Of a stretch of 64,000 nt of DNA, positions 13,331-25,133 are shown in pieces. The position numbers and the translations under genes are program-made. The notes beneath the pieces are model-generated. The model ran no database searches, was not told the DNA's origin, and saw only the letters and a list, made by a program, of their open reading frames with translations. This stretch comes from Eledone cirrhosa (taxonomy: Eukaryota), in contig OZ024740.1 in assembly GCA_964016885.1 (NCBI GenBank), forward strand, positions 132,060,001 to 132,124,000, given 5' to 3'. Each line of letters opens with the position of its first letter. Positions within the stretch are counted from its first letter, which is position 1.

Positions 13331-13377
13331 TCCATTGATAGTGAAATGTAATAGTGTGGTGTCGCACATGTTAAACA

Positions 13378-13658
13378 GAAGGTGCAGAAAGAATAATGTT
13401 ACATAAAAACAAGATTTAGGAAGTGAAAAGAAAAAAGACACAAGAAAAAAATAGTGCATAATGTGGAACGTAAAAAGTCAATGTGGAAGAAAATAATGTT
13501 ATTTACAAGTACAGTCATTGATGTTAAGCAGTTATTATTATTACTTTTTCCTCCACATTGACGTTTTACGTTCCACATTATGGACGATATTTTTTTCTTT
13601 TTCTTTTTTCTTTTCACTTCTTAAACCTTGTTTGTATATCACATTATGATTTCTGCAT

Positions 13659-13661
<3 letters not shown>
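13378..13661. repeat. Degenerate foldback inverted repeat (~120-bp arms)
   Basis: CATAATGTGGAACGTAAAAAGTCAATGTGGA vs TCCACATTGACGTTTTACGTTCCACATTATG, with flanking complementarity. Confidence 0.8.
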
Positions 13662-14010
<349 letters not shown>

Positions 14011-14084
14011 TATAGTATATATATATACAGTATATATATATATATACAGTATATATATATACAGTATATATATATATATATACA

Positions 14085-14211
<127 letters not shown>

Positions 14212-14229
14212 CAGTATATATATATATAT

Positions 14230-14340
14230 AAACACACGCACCAGTGCTTTCACTTCAATTTATTATAATAAATTTATAAATTCCTAAATTCCTAAATTTA
14301 TTATAATAAATTGAAGTGAACGCAACTGGTGCGTGTGTTT
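14230..14340. repeat. Short near-perfect palindrome (~45-bp arms)
   Basis: AAACACACGCACCAGT..TTCACTTCAATTTATTATAATAAATTT / AAATTTATTATAATAAATTGAAGTGAA..ACTGGTGCGTGTGTTT. Confidence 0.85.
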
Positions 14341-14450
14341 CTTATTGGCAATTTGACCCTCCCAAAGTATAACAATATCGGTTTCAACACACGTTTTCAG
14401 ATAAAGAATCTTGCTAAACAAATTCAGAAACGAAAAATATATATATATAA

Positions 14451-14504
<54 letters not shown>

Positions 14505-14603
14505 CATTTGAAGACTAAAATCCAAAGAGGGCTCGATATGGATAAATATATATCAAATATATAAGAACCGTAGAGCAAAAATTCATTAAAATAGCAGATT
14601 AAA

Positions 14604-14652
14604 GTTTAAGCAAAAAATCGTTGCTTTCACGCTTAACGGGACCTTCTGAAAC
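14604..14652 (-). ncRNA. Hammerhead variant in the inverted pLTR piece
   Basis: GTTT-CAGAAGG-TCCCGTTAAGCGT-GAAA-GCAA..TTGC-TT-AAAC. Confidence 0.55.
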
Positions 14653-14730
14653 TAACAAAGTCAATCTGTAGCGCAGAAGTGAGTATTTAAAAAAACTTCT
14701 TTATTTATATACGTTTATTTAATTATATGT

Positions 14731-14778
<48 letters not shown>

Positions 14779-15399
14779 TAGATATATTTTTATGTGTATT
14801 TGGTGTATACATTCGTATGCATGCGGCTACAGGTATTGCGTCGGTTCTGTATGTGCCTGCGGGTTTTTCGGGGTGCTTTTTGGTGTACGTGCGTGTATTT
14901 GTATACCTATGTCGAGTGTTTTCGCGTATGCTTGTGTTTGGACGTTGTTGGATGCGTGTATGTATTTATTTAATTTCAATTACCTCTGTATTTTATTTAC
15001 TTTCTTCTTAACTCTGAAGCCGAGAACCATTCGGTTTCCTAGTTAGAATTTTAGTCTACGACTTCAGTGATACAATTTCCGTGGTTTTATCTTTGCGTGC
15101 AATTCTTCTCCCCGCTCCACATATGACGTATTATCTTCGTTTTTTCCGTTCATTGCCAGAGAACGTCTCTATGAATCAACTAATATAATATTAGTCTACG
15201 ACTTCTTTTATACCATAAACGTGGTTTTGTATTTGCGTGTAATTGTTTTTCACTGCTCCAAATAATGACGTATTATATTCGTTTTTCCCGTTCTTGGCCA
15301 GGGAACGTTTCCACGAACCAAAGTATCGTCTGCCTGTCTTCCTCCAGTTGCAATATTTTTTGAAATATTCACTTCTGCGTTCACAGATTGACTTTGTTA

Positions 15400-15448
15400 G
15401 TTTCAGAAGATTCCGCTAAGGGTGAAATCAGCGATTCATTGCTTAAAC
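15400..15448 (+). ncRNA. Hammerhead variant (CAGAAGA core) in the 5' pLTR
   Basis: Family consensus GTTT-CAGAAGA-TCCCGTTAAGGGT-GAAA-GCA..TGC-TT-AAAC. Confidence 0.6.
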
Positions 15449-15601
15449 GTTAATCTGTTATTTTAATAAATATTTGCCCTACGGTTCTTATATATTTGAT
15501 ATATATTTATCCTTATCGAGCACTCTTTGGATTGTAGTCTTCAAATTTATTATTATTACTATTTGGCTCCATCGGTTGAACACTCTATTGATATATTCAT
15601 T

Positions 15602-17700
15602 ATGCAGAAACAACATCTGAATATTTCTACAAAGAACATACCCGTACCAAGCAGGAAACATACCTAAAAGTCCTGATACAGAAAACAGACGCGTTCATTG
15701 AAAGGGTACGTTAGTGTGCCTTTTATTTCGATAATCAGGGAAAAGCAGACAACAAACAGGATAAATTTGGGTTTAAAACCTACAATAACCCTCCTAGTAA
15801 CTCAGCATTGCTACCCTTCGAAAATGATGTCTTGAAACTCATACGAAGTAACAGATTTAGGAATAGGAGCAATTCCTTCCAGCAGGACCTGAAGAATAGA
15901 ATTCCTTCTATTAAGGATTCTATTGCCGTGCACGTCCATTCCGACAAAACTGGCAATCTATATCAAGTGGAGCGCAGTGTCTACCATCAACTGCTACATA
16001 ATGCTGTAACTAGGGATTATCGCAAAACTAGTCGGAGCGTCATTAATGAAATCAACGATGCTGGGTTTAAAATCACCTCTGCTCTCAACATCCTGGACCG
16101 TGCTGAACCTCTGGACCCTATTTCTCCCCACTTTACCCTGAAGGATCACAAATCCAAATTTCCGAACAACCCCTCTATTCGGCTTATTAACCCTACGAAG
16201 TCCGATTTAGGTAGACTTAGTAAAAGGATTCTTGATAGAATTATACCTGAAATTAGAAGTTTAGCTCCTCTTGCACTGTGGAACAATTCTTTCGCGGTGA
16301 TTGATTGGTTCAACGGCATATGCAACAAGGAACATTGCCGTTTTATCCAATTTGACATCAATAATTACTACTCCTCCATCTCTTTACCACTTCTCCTTAG
16401 AGCTATCAATTTCGCTAAAACACTCACAGTGGTTAAGGATTTCGAAGTTGATGTCATCCTCAATTCCCGTAAGTCGGTGATTAATTTCGACGACTATATA
16501 TGGATTAAAAAATCTAATAGTACTCCATTCGACGTGAGTATGGGCGCCAACGATTCTGTGGAGGTTACTGATCTTATCGGCTTTTTCGCTTTTTCTCTAT
16601 CAAGGAAGAATTCCCCAACGGGGGAGGCGGCGGTTTCTACCGTGATCATGGTCAAAATACCATGACTAGGTGCGACCCACGTGCTTGCGACAGCTTCAGA
16701 AAAGAACTCACAATCTTCTTTAAAGGCTTCAACCTCTCATTACAGGTTGAGGCCAACCTATCAATCGTTAATTACCTCGACGTTACCCTCAATTTATCGA
16801 ATGGCTTGCATTACCCGTGTAGAAAGCCGAATGATACGCTTAATTACATAAGTAAGCATTCTAACCATCCAAGAACCTGGTAAGAAACGTTTCTTTGAGG
16901 CTTTTCCGTCTATCTACTAACGAGCATATTTTCAACGACCATTCCACATATTACAATGATTTGCTAATAAGGATTTGTTAATAAGATAGCATATACAGAG
17001 TACGAGAATAGACCTAGAAGAAATAAACCCCGACGCATTATATGGTATAACACACCATATAATATGGAGGTGGCCACACCATTAGCTAAGATCTTTCTCT
17101 CCCTTATTATGAAGCATTCCCCCTACACATATATATATATATTAACATTTTTAATAGAAATACTATTAAAATGTCTTACTCTACGACTCCTAACCTTGTA
17201 CATAACATCACAGCTTCAAATTTAGCTAAATTACCTAGCCGTAGGAACACGTGCAACCCTGTAGTTAGTACTAACTGTAATTGTAGTGATCGGGCTGATT
17301 GCCCCCTATCCGGGAAATGCCTCTCTAGTAACATTGTCTACAAATGTAAGGTTGTAACACCCACATCCCGTAGGGCCTACATAGGGTTAACCGTCAATAG
17401 ATTCAAGCAGCGTCTTTACATGCATACCCATTCTTTTCGTTACCCTTTAAGAAGGAATATGACGTCACTTTCAGCTTATATCTGGAGTCTAAAAGTCAAC
17501 CACACCCAATATAAGTTACACTGGGAGATCCTAGCTAGGGCTAGATCGTATAAGGGAAATAAAAAGACCATGTGACTCTGCGCCGCTGGGGCCCTGGAAA
17601 TACTCTACGCCAAAGACCACATGTTAAACAAAAATCTGAGGCAATTTCGGCTTGTAAACATACATTGCACAAAACTTTCCTGTATTACAGCACCACATTA
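15602..17700 (+). pseudogene. PLE RT + GIY-YIG endonuclease ORF with stops and frameshifts
   Basis: ORF pieces 15808-16665, 16662-16883, 17171-17575 and 17572-17754. Confidence 0.9.
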
Positions 17701-18105
17701 TACCCTAACGATAGTACGAACTATACGCGGATAGTTTACGTCTTGATGTGGTAGCGAAGTAAATGTTATGTTTATCCCATTACTTATGTGTATAGGTATG
17801 TATATATTACATGTATGTTTTGTGAGGGTACGTATACTTTCTCTTACGTATATTTGATTGTATATGTTATGGCGTATATATTATATATTCTGGTACATAT
17901 GCTTTTGGTTATGTGTATACGCGAGTTTTGCGTCTGTGTGAGTATGCGGGTTCGTACGTATGTAGGGTGTGTGTATATGTGTACTTTGTGTTTTTGTTGA
18001 CGTTTGTCTCCGAACATATGTGTATTTACATGTAGGTATGTGGGTGCGCTTGTTATATACGTATTTATTTATTTATATACGTTTATTTAATGATATGTAT
18101 ACACG

Positions 18106-18138
<33 letters not shown>

Positions 18139-18762
18139 GTATTTTTTATATATATATTTTTATGTGTATTTGGTGTATACATTCGTATGCGTGCGGGTAC
18201 AGGTATTGCGTGGGTTCTGTATGTGCGTGCGGGTTTGTTTTTTTGTGTACGTGCGTGTATTTGTATACCTATGGCGAGTATCTTCGCGTTTGCTTGTGTA
18301 TGTACGTATATGGATGCGTGTATGTATTTATTTTATTTCAATTACCTCTGTATTTTATTTACTTTATTCTTAACTCTGAAGCCGAGACCCATTCGGTTTC
18401 CTAGTTAGAATTTTAGTCTACGACTTCAGTTATACCATTTACGTGGTTTTGTCTTTGCGTGCAATTGTTCTCCCCGGTCCACATATGCAGTATTATCTTC
18501 GTTTTTTTTTCGTTTATTGCCAGAGAACGTCTCTATGAAACATGTAATAGAATATTAGTCTACGACTTCTTTTATACCATAAACGTGGTTTTGTCTTTGC
18601 GTGTAATTGTTTTTCACTGCTCCATATAATGACGTCTTATATTCGTTTTTTCCCGTTCCTTGCAAGGGAACTTTCCACGAACCAAAGTATCGTCTTCCTG
18701 TCTTCCTCCTGTTGCAACGTTTTTTGAAATATTCACTTCTGCGTTCACAGATTGATTTGTTA

Positions 18763-18811
18763 TTTCCAGAAGATCCCGTTAAGGGTGAACGCAGCGATTC
18801 TTTGCTTAAAC
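18763..18811 (+). ncRNA. Hammerhead variant in the 3' pLTR
   Basis: Same motif, with GAAA changed to GAAC. Confidence 0.5.
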
Positions 18812-18943
18812 GTTAATCTGTTATTTTAATAAATATTTGCTCTGCGGTTCTTATATATTTGATATATATTTATCCTTATCGAGCCCTCTTTGGATTTTAG
18901 TCTTCAAATTTATTATTATTAATGTATATATAAATATTTATAT

Positions 18944-19535
18944 AATAGATTAACAGAAAAAGCCTTAAGCGATACTCTCACCACCTCCATCTCACTCAAC
19001 AAACATTAGGATATACCTAAGTATTCTCCCAATTTAGTGTTTGGTGTGCTAACTCATCAGTATTTCGTGGATAGCTGGTTGTATTATTTCATATGATACA
19101 TAATTAAATAAATATCTCTTTTCTTCCAGACGATCGTTTCGTTATAATATTTCTATAATTTGGGATAAATAATGTCCAGGTTATGTAGACACTTGTATAT
19201 ACTCCTTAGTATTATGCACAAGCGGGCTCTTATAAAGTCATCAGTGGATGCCCAAATAATTGGAAAGACCAACGGAAACATTGTTCCCTCGGTCCGATTT
19301 GACGAAAGTCGATCGTCTTCCTATACCTTATATCTGGAAATCATATCTGGCCACCAAGTGTATATATTTAATACATTAACAGAGAAAGCCTTAAGCGATA
19401 CTCTGACCAACTTCATCTCACTCAACAAACATTAGGATATACCTAAGTTTTCTCCCAATTTAGTGTTTGGGGTGCTAACTAATCAGTATTTCGTGGATAA
19501 CTGGTTGTATTATTTTATTTGAGACATAATTAAAT
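18944..19535 (-). mobile_element. Partial tandem repeat (~426-bp period, ~1.4 units) with an internal hammerhead; pLTR/retrozyme-like
   Basis: 18944-19110 resembles 19370-19535; hammerhead at 19123-19250 between them; TA-rich flanks. Confidence 0.75.
19123..19250 (-). ncRNA. Type I hammerhead, GUC triplet, ~95-nt stem II
   Basis: CATCCA-CTGATGA-CTTTATAA..TTATAAC-GAAAC-GATC-GTC-TGGAAG. Confidence 0.7.
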
Positions 19536-19567
19536 CTCTCTCTATATATATATATATTATATATATA

Positions 19568-19657
<90 letters not shown>

Positions 19658-19788
19658 GTGAGGTTTTTTTTACAAGATGAAAAATAACCGAGGTGTCCTA
19701 CACGAGTGGAAGTATAAAGAAAAAGAGATGAAATCGAAAATGCAACTGAAGTCTTATTTTTTTTTTAAATATATATATTTATTTGGTT

Positions 19789-19826
19789 CCTTTACCGGTT
19801 TCGCAGTTCTTCTGCTTTTCAAAAGG
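19789..19826 (-). ncRNA. Minimal type I hammerhead with U3-A8 core variant, in the PLE3 3' region
   Basis: CCTT-TTGAAAA-GCAG-AAGAA-CTGC-GAAAC-CG-GTA-AAGG; stems I and II pair perfectly, palindromic stem III ACCGGT. Confidence 0.75.
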
Positions 19827-20631
19827 TGAGTTGAGATGGAGGGTCTGTGGTTTTTCTCACATCTGGTTGGTCTCTGAATGTTACTTGTTTTATATGGAAA
19901 AAGTGGCTCGAAAGCCAGTTTTTTCGAGAAGTAATTTGATTGGTTTGTCAATAATTATAATAAATTTCGCGCCAGTTCGCGTTACAATAGTTATTCAAAT
20001 AAGAGAGAGGGGAGGGGGTGTTGTCACAGGTTGTTTTTTCATATATGAGTGTTTGAATTTCTTTTTACTTGAAAAAAGGAGGCTCACGAAGGCTTTTTTT
20101 TGGTTGGTTATAAATGAAATTTGGCTGTCACGTGAACAAGTTTTCATTACATTTTTGCGCTCTTATTTGGAAAACTATTCTGTAGTCTTTATAGTGAATG
20201 TTATGACAATGGAGAGATAGTGGTCAAGGCAAAAGAGATTGGGAGAAATGTTCTGGTTCAGTGAATATGGCCAGCTGTCAGAGTTCAGGTGTCAGAGTTC
20301 AGATTTTCTATTGAGACTGAAGATATGTGTTTATTTGTGTGCTTGTGTGTGTGTATGTGTGTGTGTGCGTGTATGTGTGTATTGGAAGATGATTCTATTA
20401 GTAGAGATGGGGGAGGGAGTTGTGTGTGTGTGTATATGGGTGTTATGTGTGTGTGTGCGAGTATGTTAAGATGCAGAGAATATATATTTTGTGTGTGTGT
20501 ATATATATATGTGTGTAGGAAAGTGGTTCTATTAGTAGAAATGGGGAGGGAGTTGTAGGTGTGGGGGTTGTTATGTGTGTGTATATGGGTGTTATGTGTG
20601 TGGGAGTATGGTTAGCATGTTAAGATGAAGA

Positions 20632-20666
<35 letters not shown>

Positions 20667-20874
20667 GTGTGTGTGTATGTGTGCGTGTAGGAAAGTGATT
20701 CCTTTAGTAGGAATATTTTTGAATGAACATATTTTCCTGACTTTTTCGTGTTTGCTGTTGTATTGCCAGTGCAAACGTATGTTAAGGTTTATTTAGTTTG
20801 GGTTTTTATTTTCTAAAGTAGAAGGTGTTATGTGTGTGTGTGTATGTCATATTGTGGTGTTGACATAATGTATA

Positions 20875-21969
20875 TTAAACCATATTTAATGTTGGTCTAT
20901 ATTTTTGAATAAACATATTTTCCTTATTTATTCGCATTTGTTCTGTTGTATTGTTAGCGCAAAGGTAAAATGGGAAGACTTGGAATTTGGGTGTCTTATT
21001 ACTAGCGCAAATGTCTAGATGTGCACTTAGTGGTATCTGTCTCGTGGTTGGATCTCGTAATTGTTGGCGATGAACTGTCATTCTGTTTCTGAGTGTGAGT
21101 TTAGTTTGTCCTATATAATCTTCATTGCATCCTTTACATTTAATGACATAAATTAGATTTTTTGATGAGCAAGTGAAGTGATTTTTTACAGTAAAATGTT
21201 GTCCTGATTTAAATGTATACGTGTTGCCGTCAATGAGGTGAGTGCAGGTTCCACAATTAGAGCGACCACATTTTTTGATACTTGGTTGTGGGTTTGTGGT
21301 AGGTAATTTGGCATTGGTGAGTAATGTTTTCAGTGATTTTGGTTGTCTTTTGCTTTTGATTATTTTGTGTGTTTGAAGGGCTTTTTTCATTCTTGGGTTT
21401 TGTTTTAGTAGTGGGATGTTATTGTGAATAGCGTTGTAAGCTTCCGCATTTCTTGGGTTGTGTGTTGAGATATATGATAGAATATTGGACGTACCTTGAA
21501 TGTGTTTCTGTTTCCGTAATTCATCAATGCCTATTGCTTTAGCCCTTTCTATTCCATTATTTATTAGTAATAGTGGGTACTCTCTCTCAAGTAGAATTTC
21601 CTTTAATTCTTGAAGTCTTTTATTTCGCGTTTCATAATTGGAGACAATTGTGCAAATTCTTCTTGCTAGGTTAAAAGGAATGTTCGTCTTCGTGTGCTTT
21701 GGATGGTTGGAGGTGAATAGCAGATATTGTTTGGAATCTGTTGGATTGTAGTGTATGTCAGTTTCGATATTTGTGTCTTTTTTTGTGATTAAGATGTCCA
21801 GAAATGGGAGTTGATCTTGGCTGTATTCCATTGTGAATTGGATGTGGTTATTGATGCCGTTTATTAAGTTTTTGAAATCCTTCAGTTGGTCGAGTGTGTG
21901 GGACCAAAGAATGAGGCAATCATCCAAGTAGCGTTTCCAATTCTCTGATAAATATTTGTGGAAGTTCAA
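20875..21969 (-). CDS. PLE RT C-terminus/thumb + GIY-YIG endonuclease (partial, 5'-truncated)
   Basis: YLDD and LIY-YIG motifs; frame uninterrupted to its stop. Confidence 0.85.
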   Translation of the reverse strand: MNFHKYLSENWKRYLDDCLILWSHTLDQLKDFKNLINGINNHIQFTMEYSQDQLPFLDILITKKDTNIETDIHYNPTDSKQYLLFTSNHPKHTKTNIPFNLARRICTIVSNYETRNKRLQELKEILLEREYPLLLINNGIERAKAIGIDELRKQKHIQGTSNILSYISTHNPRNAEAYNAIHNNIPLLKQNPRMKKALQTHKIIKSKRQPKSLKTLLTNAKLPTTNPQPSIKKCGRSNCGTCTHLIDGNTYTFKSGQHFTVKNHFTCSSKNLIYVIKCKGCNEDYIGQTKLTLRNRMTVHRQQLRDPTTRQIPLSAHLDICASNKTPKFQVFPFYLCANNTTEQMRINKENMFIQKYRPTLNMV

Positions 21970-22116
21970 TCCGTATTTTCATTTGGACTGTTCATATATC
22001 TGGACTTCTAAGTATGCCAATATTTGTATATATATATATGTATATATATTTATATTTGTGTATATATATATATATATATATACATATTTATTTATCTATG
22101 TGTGTGAATGTGTTTG

Positions 22117-22460
22117 TAGACACCTGAAATATAGCTTAAGAGAGACTTGACAATAAGGAGAGGCACCCAAAATTTGAACTTGTTTATAGAATGCTTTCTT
22201 CCTTTGTAACTCTAAGTAGAGCTTTAAAGAATTAGCTTTTAAAGAATTCCCCTTTCTTTAAACCCATCAACCATGACTGACCCCCAAATATCTTATAGAC
22301 ACCTGAAATATAGGCATTGTTAGCTTAAGAGAAACTTAAAAATAAGGAGTGTCATTCCAATTTGAACTTGTTTATAGAATTATTTCTGCCTTTGTCCCTC
22401 TAAATATAAATTATAGCTTTTAAAGAATTAGCTTTTAATGAATTCCCTTTTCTTTCAACC
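22117..22460. repeat. ~180-bp tandem duplication
   Basis: TAGACACCTGAAATATAG..TTTGAACTTGTTTATAGAAT..AGAATTAGCTTTTAA..GAATTCCC occurs twice. Confidence 0.8.
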
Positions 22461-22541
22461 AAATACCTCCACCCATCCCACTCCCCACCCTCTCCTACCA
22501 CCATACAAGATATAAATTCCACCATATTTACTTGGACAGTC

Positions 22542-22592
22542 AGATTCCTGATGATTTCTCACGAATGAAACTGTTCTAGTCCTGTAGAATCT
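22542..22592 (+). ncRNA. Type I hammerhead ribozyme
   Basis: AGATTC-CTGATGA-TTTC-TCAC-GAAT-GAAAC-TGTTCTAGTCCT-GTA-GAATCT; perfect 6-bp stem I. Confidence 0.72.
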
Positions 22593-22649
22593 CTTATATA
22601 TTAAACTTTTATATTCTGCTATGTATTGAGTAACTTACTTACTGTGGTT

Positions 22650-22850
22650 ACCTCCGATCCAACCCGGAATAACTTACCTATATATATAAATATATATTCA
22701 CTCAACTCTCATATCATTAATATATTTGAGAGGGTGGTGAGATCACGAATAACTCTCTTTCTGGAAAGGAACAATCTGTTGAATTCCAAACATGATTTGT
22801 GTAATGGAATGGACTGAATAACGCAGCTCGTACATCATAATTATGCTGGA
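22650..22850 (+). mobile_element. Small CR1/L2-like LINE RT fragment
   Basis: SLNSHIINIFERVVRSRITLFLERNNLLNSKHDL..G.D*ITQL resembles ISLTS...K.FER......LE...LL...QHGF..G.SC.TQL. Confidence 0.6.
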
Positions 22851-23603
22851 GTATTGCACTGTTTGTCTAGTGGGCACGTCACTGGTCTTCTTCACGAGCA
22901 ATTTTAACGTGGAGACTTTTGCATTTGACAGGTATTACTACATGATTATGTTATTCGCAACACTACAACACCCAAGCAATGATATATCAAGCAGAAGTGA
23001 CCTTCTCCAACCAGAAATACGAAACTGAAGCCTGCACTTATGACGGAATTACAGAGCCGGTTCAAATTCTCATTATATGGAGTATATGATACACGTCTTG
23101 ATTGCTTCAGTCGCTGTCCACTCTAAACGAAATTCAATCTGAGAAAATAGAAAAATTTGAATTTCAAGGAATATATTTTCTTTAAATTCCTAATTCGAAT
23201 TTTAAGAAATTGATTTCTTTGAAATACTAAGTTAGAACTAGTTCACTGCATTTGCTTTTTTTTATAGTCAGCTGACTTTAACATGTGTAATAATTTTGTT
23301 TATAGCTAATTCTACCTGCCCTTAAATAGCTCTCATATCCTTCTAAATCCTCCAATCAAACATGGGAGTAGACATCTTTTTATATAACAGGTTGAAAATG
23401 TTTTGTTGCATAAGCCAACGGAATCCAAGTTTCCTGTATATGTCATTGTTGTAACTAATTATAACACGCATACACATACATATATGTATATATATATATA
23501 TGTATGTGTATGTGTATGTATGTCACTGTTGTAACTAATTATAACACACACGCGCGCACACACATACATACATACATACATACATACATACATTCATACA
23601 CAC

Positions 23604-23672
<69 letters not shown>

Positions 23673-23679
23673 TTATTTT

Positions 23680-25133
23680 ATTTTAGTCGTTTTGGAACCC
23701 TTGACAATGAAGATGGGTAGATCTCCGGGTAACAGGATCCGGTGGTGAAGAGAGAGAAGAGAGATGTAAGGGAATGTAGAATGAGATGTATAGTGTGTAG
23801 ATGAACGTAGGAAAGAGAGTAAAAATAAAAATAATAACACGAAATAGAGTTACCTTGGGAGAGATGTAATTGTCCCCTATTTCGGATTCGCATCCATCGA
23901 CTGGGGAGTTTTCCGGGGTGGGGTATCTGTCGGAGAGGAACAGTGCGTGTCCTCTGCGTTCGCTGTCCGTGACTAACTGAGGTATTCTGTAGAGCGCGCG
24001 TGCGCGCGGAATATGTGCGGTCAAGCAGAGGTCGACGGTCGAAGTAGTTCTTTTAATGTGGGAGTGGGATGGCGTTAGCTGTCAATCCATTGTACTATTT
24101 ATCTGTGCTGGTTTTAGGTACTAGCAGTTTAGTATATTCGTATGGTAGTCGTATTCTGCCTGGTCGGTGGATGGTGGCGGTGCTACACACATAATAATAA
24201 TCGTTCGAATGCTACCATGTGTGTGTGTGTGAGTGTGTGTGTGTGTGTGTGTATGTGTGGGTATGTGTGTGTGCGTGTGCTGTCTCGTTTGTTTACACCA
24301 ACCACATCACTTTGCTTCTTTCGGATCGGTTATTTATTTGTGGCCCTAGGTATTCATCCAAAGTCCTTCCTTGATTCGTAACGTGCCGACGTTGCGTTAT
24401 GTCGCTAGCACTGTGACACTGGGCCTTCCGTCTTTGTTTCCGCATTTGGTTATGTGTTTTCGGAAAGACAAGGCCCTGGTGTTGATGTGCTCCTTGATCC
24501 GGATGTGTAGTGGTTGCACTTGTCACATTCTACCTTATACACGACGTATGTGCTTAAGCAAGAGTTCGTATGGCGCATCGGACTCTTTCGGGTTTCCTGG
24601 AGAGGCATCTTTGCAGGGAGGGGCCCGAGTGGGCCAGGTGGATGTCAAGGCCCTCTCTCCGTATAGCACTGCGGATCGCGTTGGTGGTATACTCGCCCAG
24701 GTGTGGTATTTTATGGAAGCACTTGCCTTGGGTGTTTCTCTGCATCTTGCGTCTGGTCTCTCTTACTCTGTTTGCGAGCGAGTCAAGGTACCCGTTCGTC
24801 TCCAGCACTTTGAGGAATCGCTTTGAGGGGGTGACACCACTCACTGGATCGCTGCATCTGTTTTTAATTCGCGTGATCTCGTTGGTGAGGTATCCTCTTT
24901 TAGCACTGTTAGGGAGGGCAGACTTGTAGTGGACGAACAAGTCAATGCAGCCTGCCTTGACCGCACTTATTCGACGCACACGCTCGCTCTGCAGGATACC
25001 TCAGTCAGTCACGAACAGCGAACAGATGAGGACACGTAAAGTTCCTCTCCTTCAGATAACGCCCCTCCCTCGGAAAAAAAACCCGGTTGATGTATGCGAA
25101 TCCGAAATATAGTGACAAGTAAATATCTCCCAA
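23680..25133 (-). mobile_element. Penelope-like element 4 fragment (thumb + degenerate GIY-YIG) with inverted 3' segment at 24975-25133
   Basis: ORF 24554-24979 (FVHYKSALP..KRGYL.NEI.RI..RCS, KIPHLG), then VYKVECDKC. 24975-25133 is the reverse complement of ~23855-24007. Confidence 0.75.

Larger units (their letters stand above)
14499..18921 (+). mobile_element. Penelope-like element 2, near full length: inverted pLTR piece (14499-14695), 5' pLTR (14700-15557), ORF, 3' pLTR (18065-18921)
   Basis: ~860-bp direct repeats flank a disrupted ORF starting at ATG 15602 (..STKNIPVP..), with DKTGNLY, TLKDHK..F, RLINPTKS, FIQFDI..YYSSI, FDVSMGA.DS, GGFYRD, NYLDVTL, CNCx5Cx5C, VYKC..YIGLT. TA-rich sequence at both ends. 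Confidence 0.93.
19652..22022 (-). mobile_element. Penelope-like element 3 (Neptune-like Cys linker), 5'-truncated
   Basis: Open 364-aa ORF 20875-21969: WKRYLDD, FTME..LPFLDI, QYL.FTSNHP, KCGRSNCGTC, FTCSSKNLIYVIKC..YIGQT..RMTVH; 3' non-coding region with a hammerhead. Confidence 0.9.

Noticed and set aside
14375-14405. CTGAAAA..GAAAC-CG motif on minus strand; similar weak hits near 19052, 47030, 52975 and 57410
   Set aside because: Stems or core do not close; compatible with chance or extreme decay.
23880-23990. HDV-like ribozyme in the PLE4 tail (CTG-TTCCTC..CAG..GCGAAT)
   Set aside because: Could not find P1 and P2 pairings by eye.
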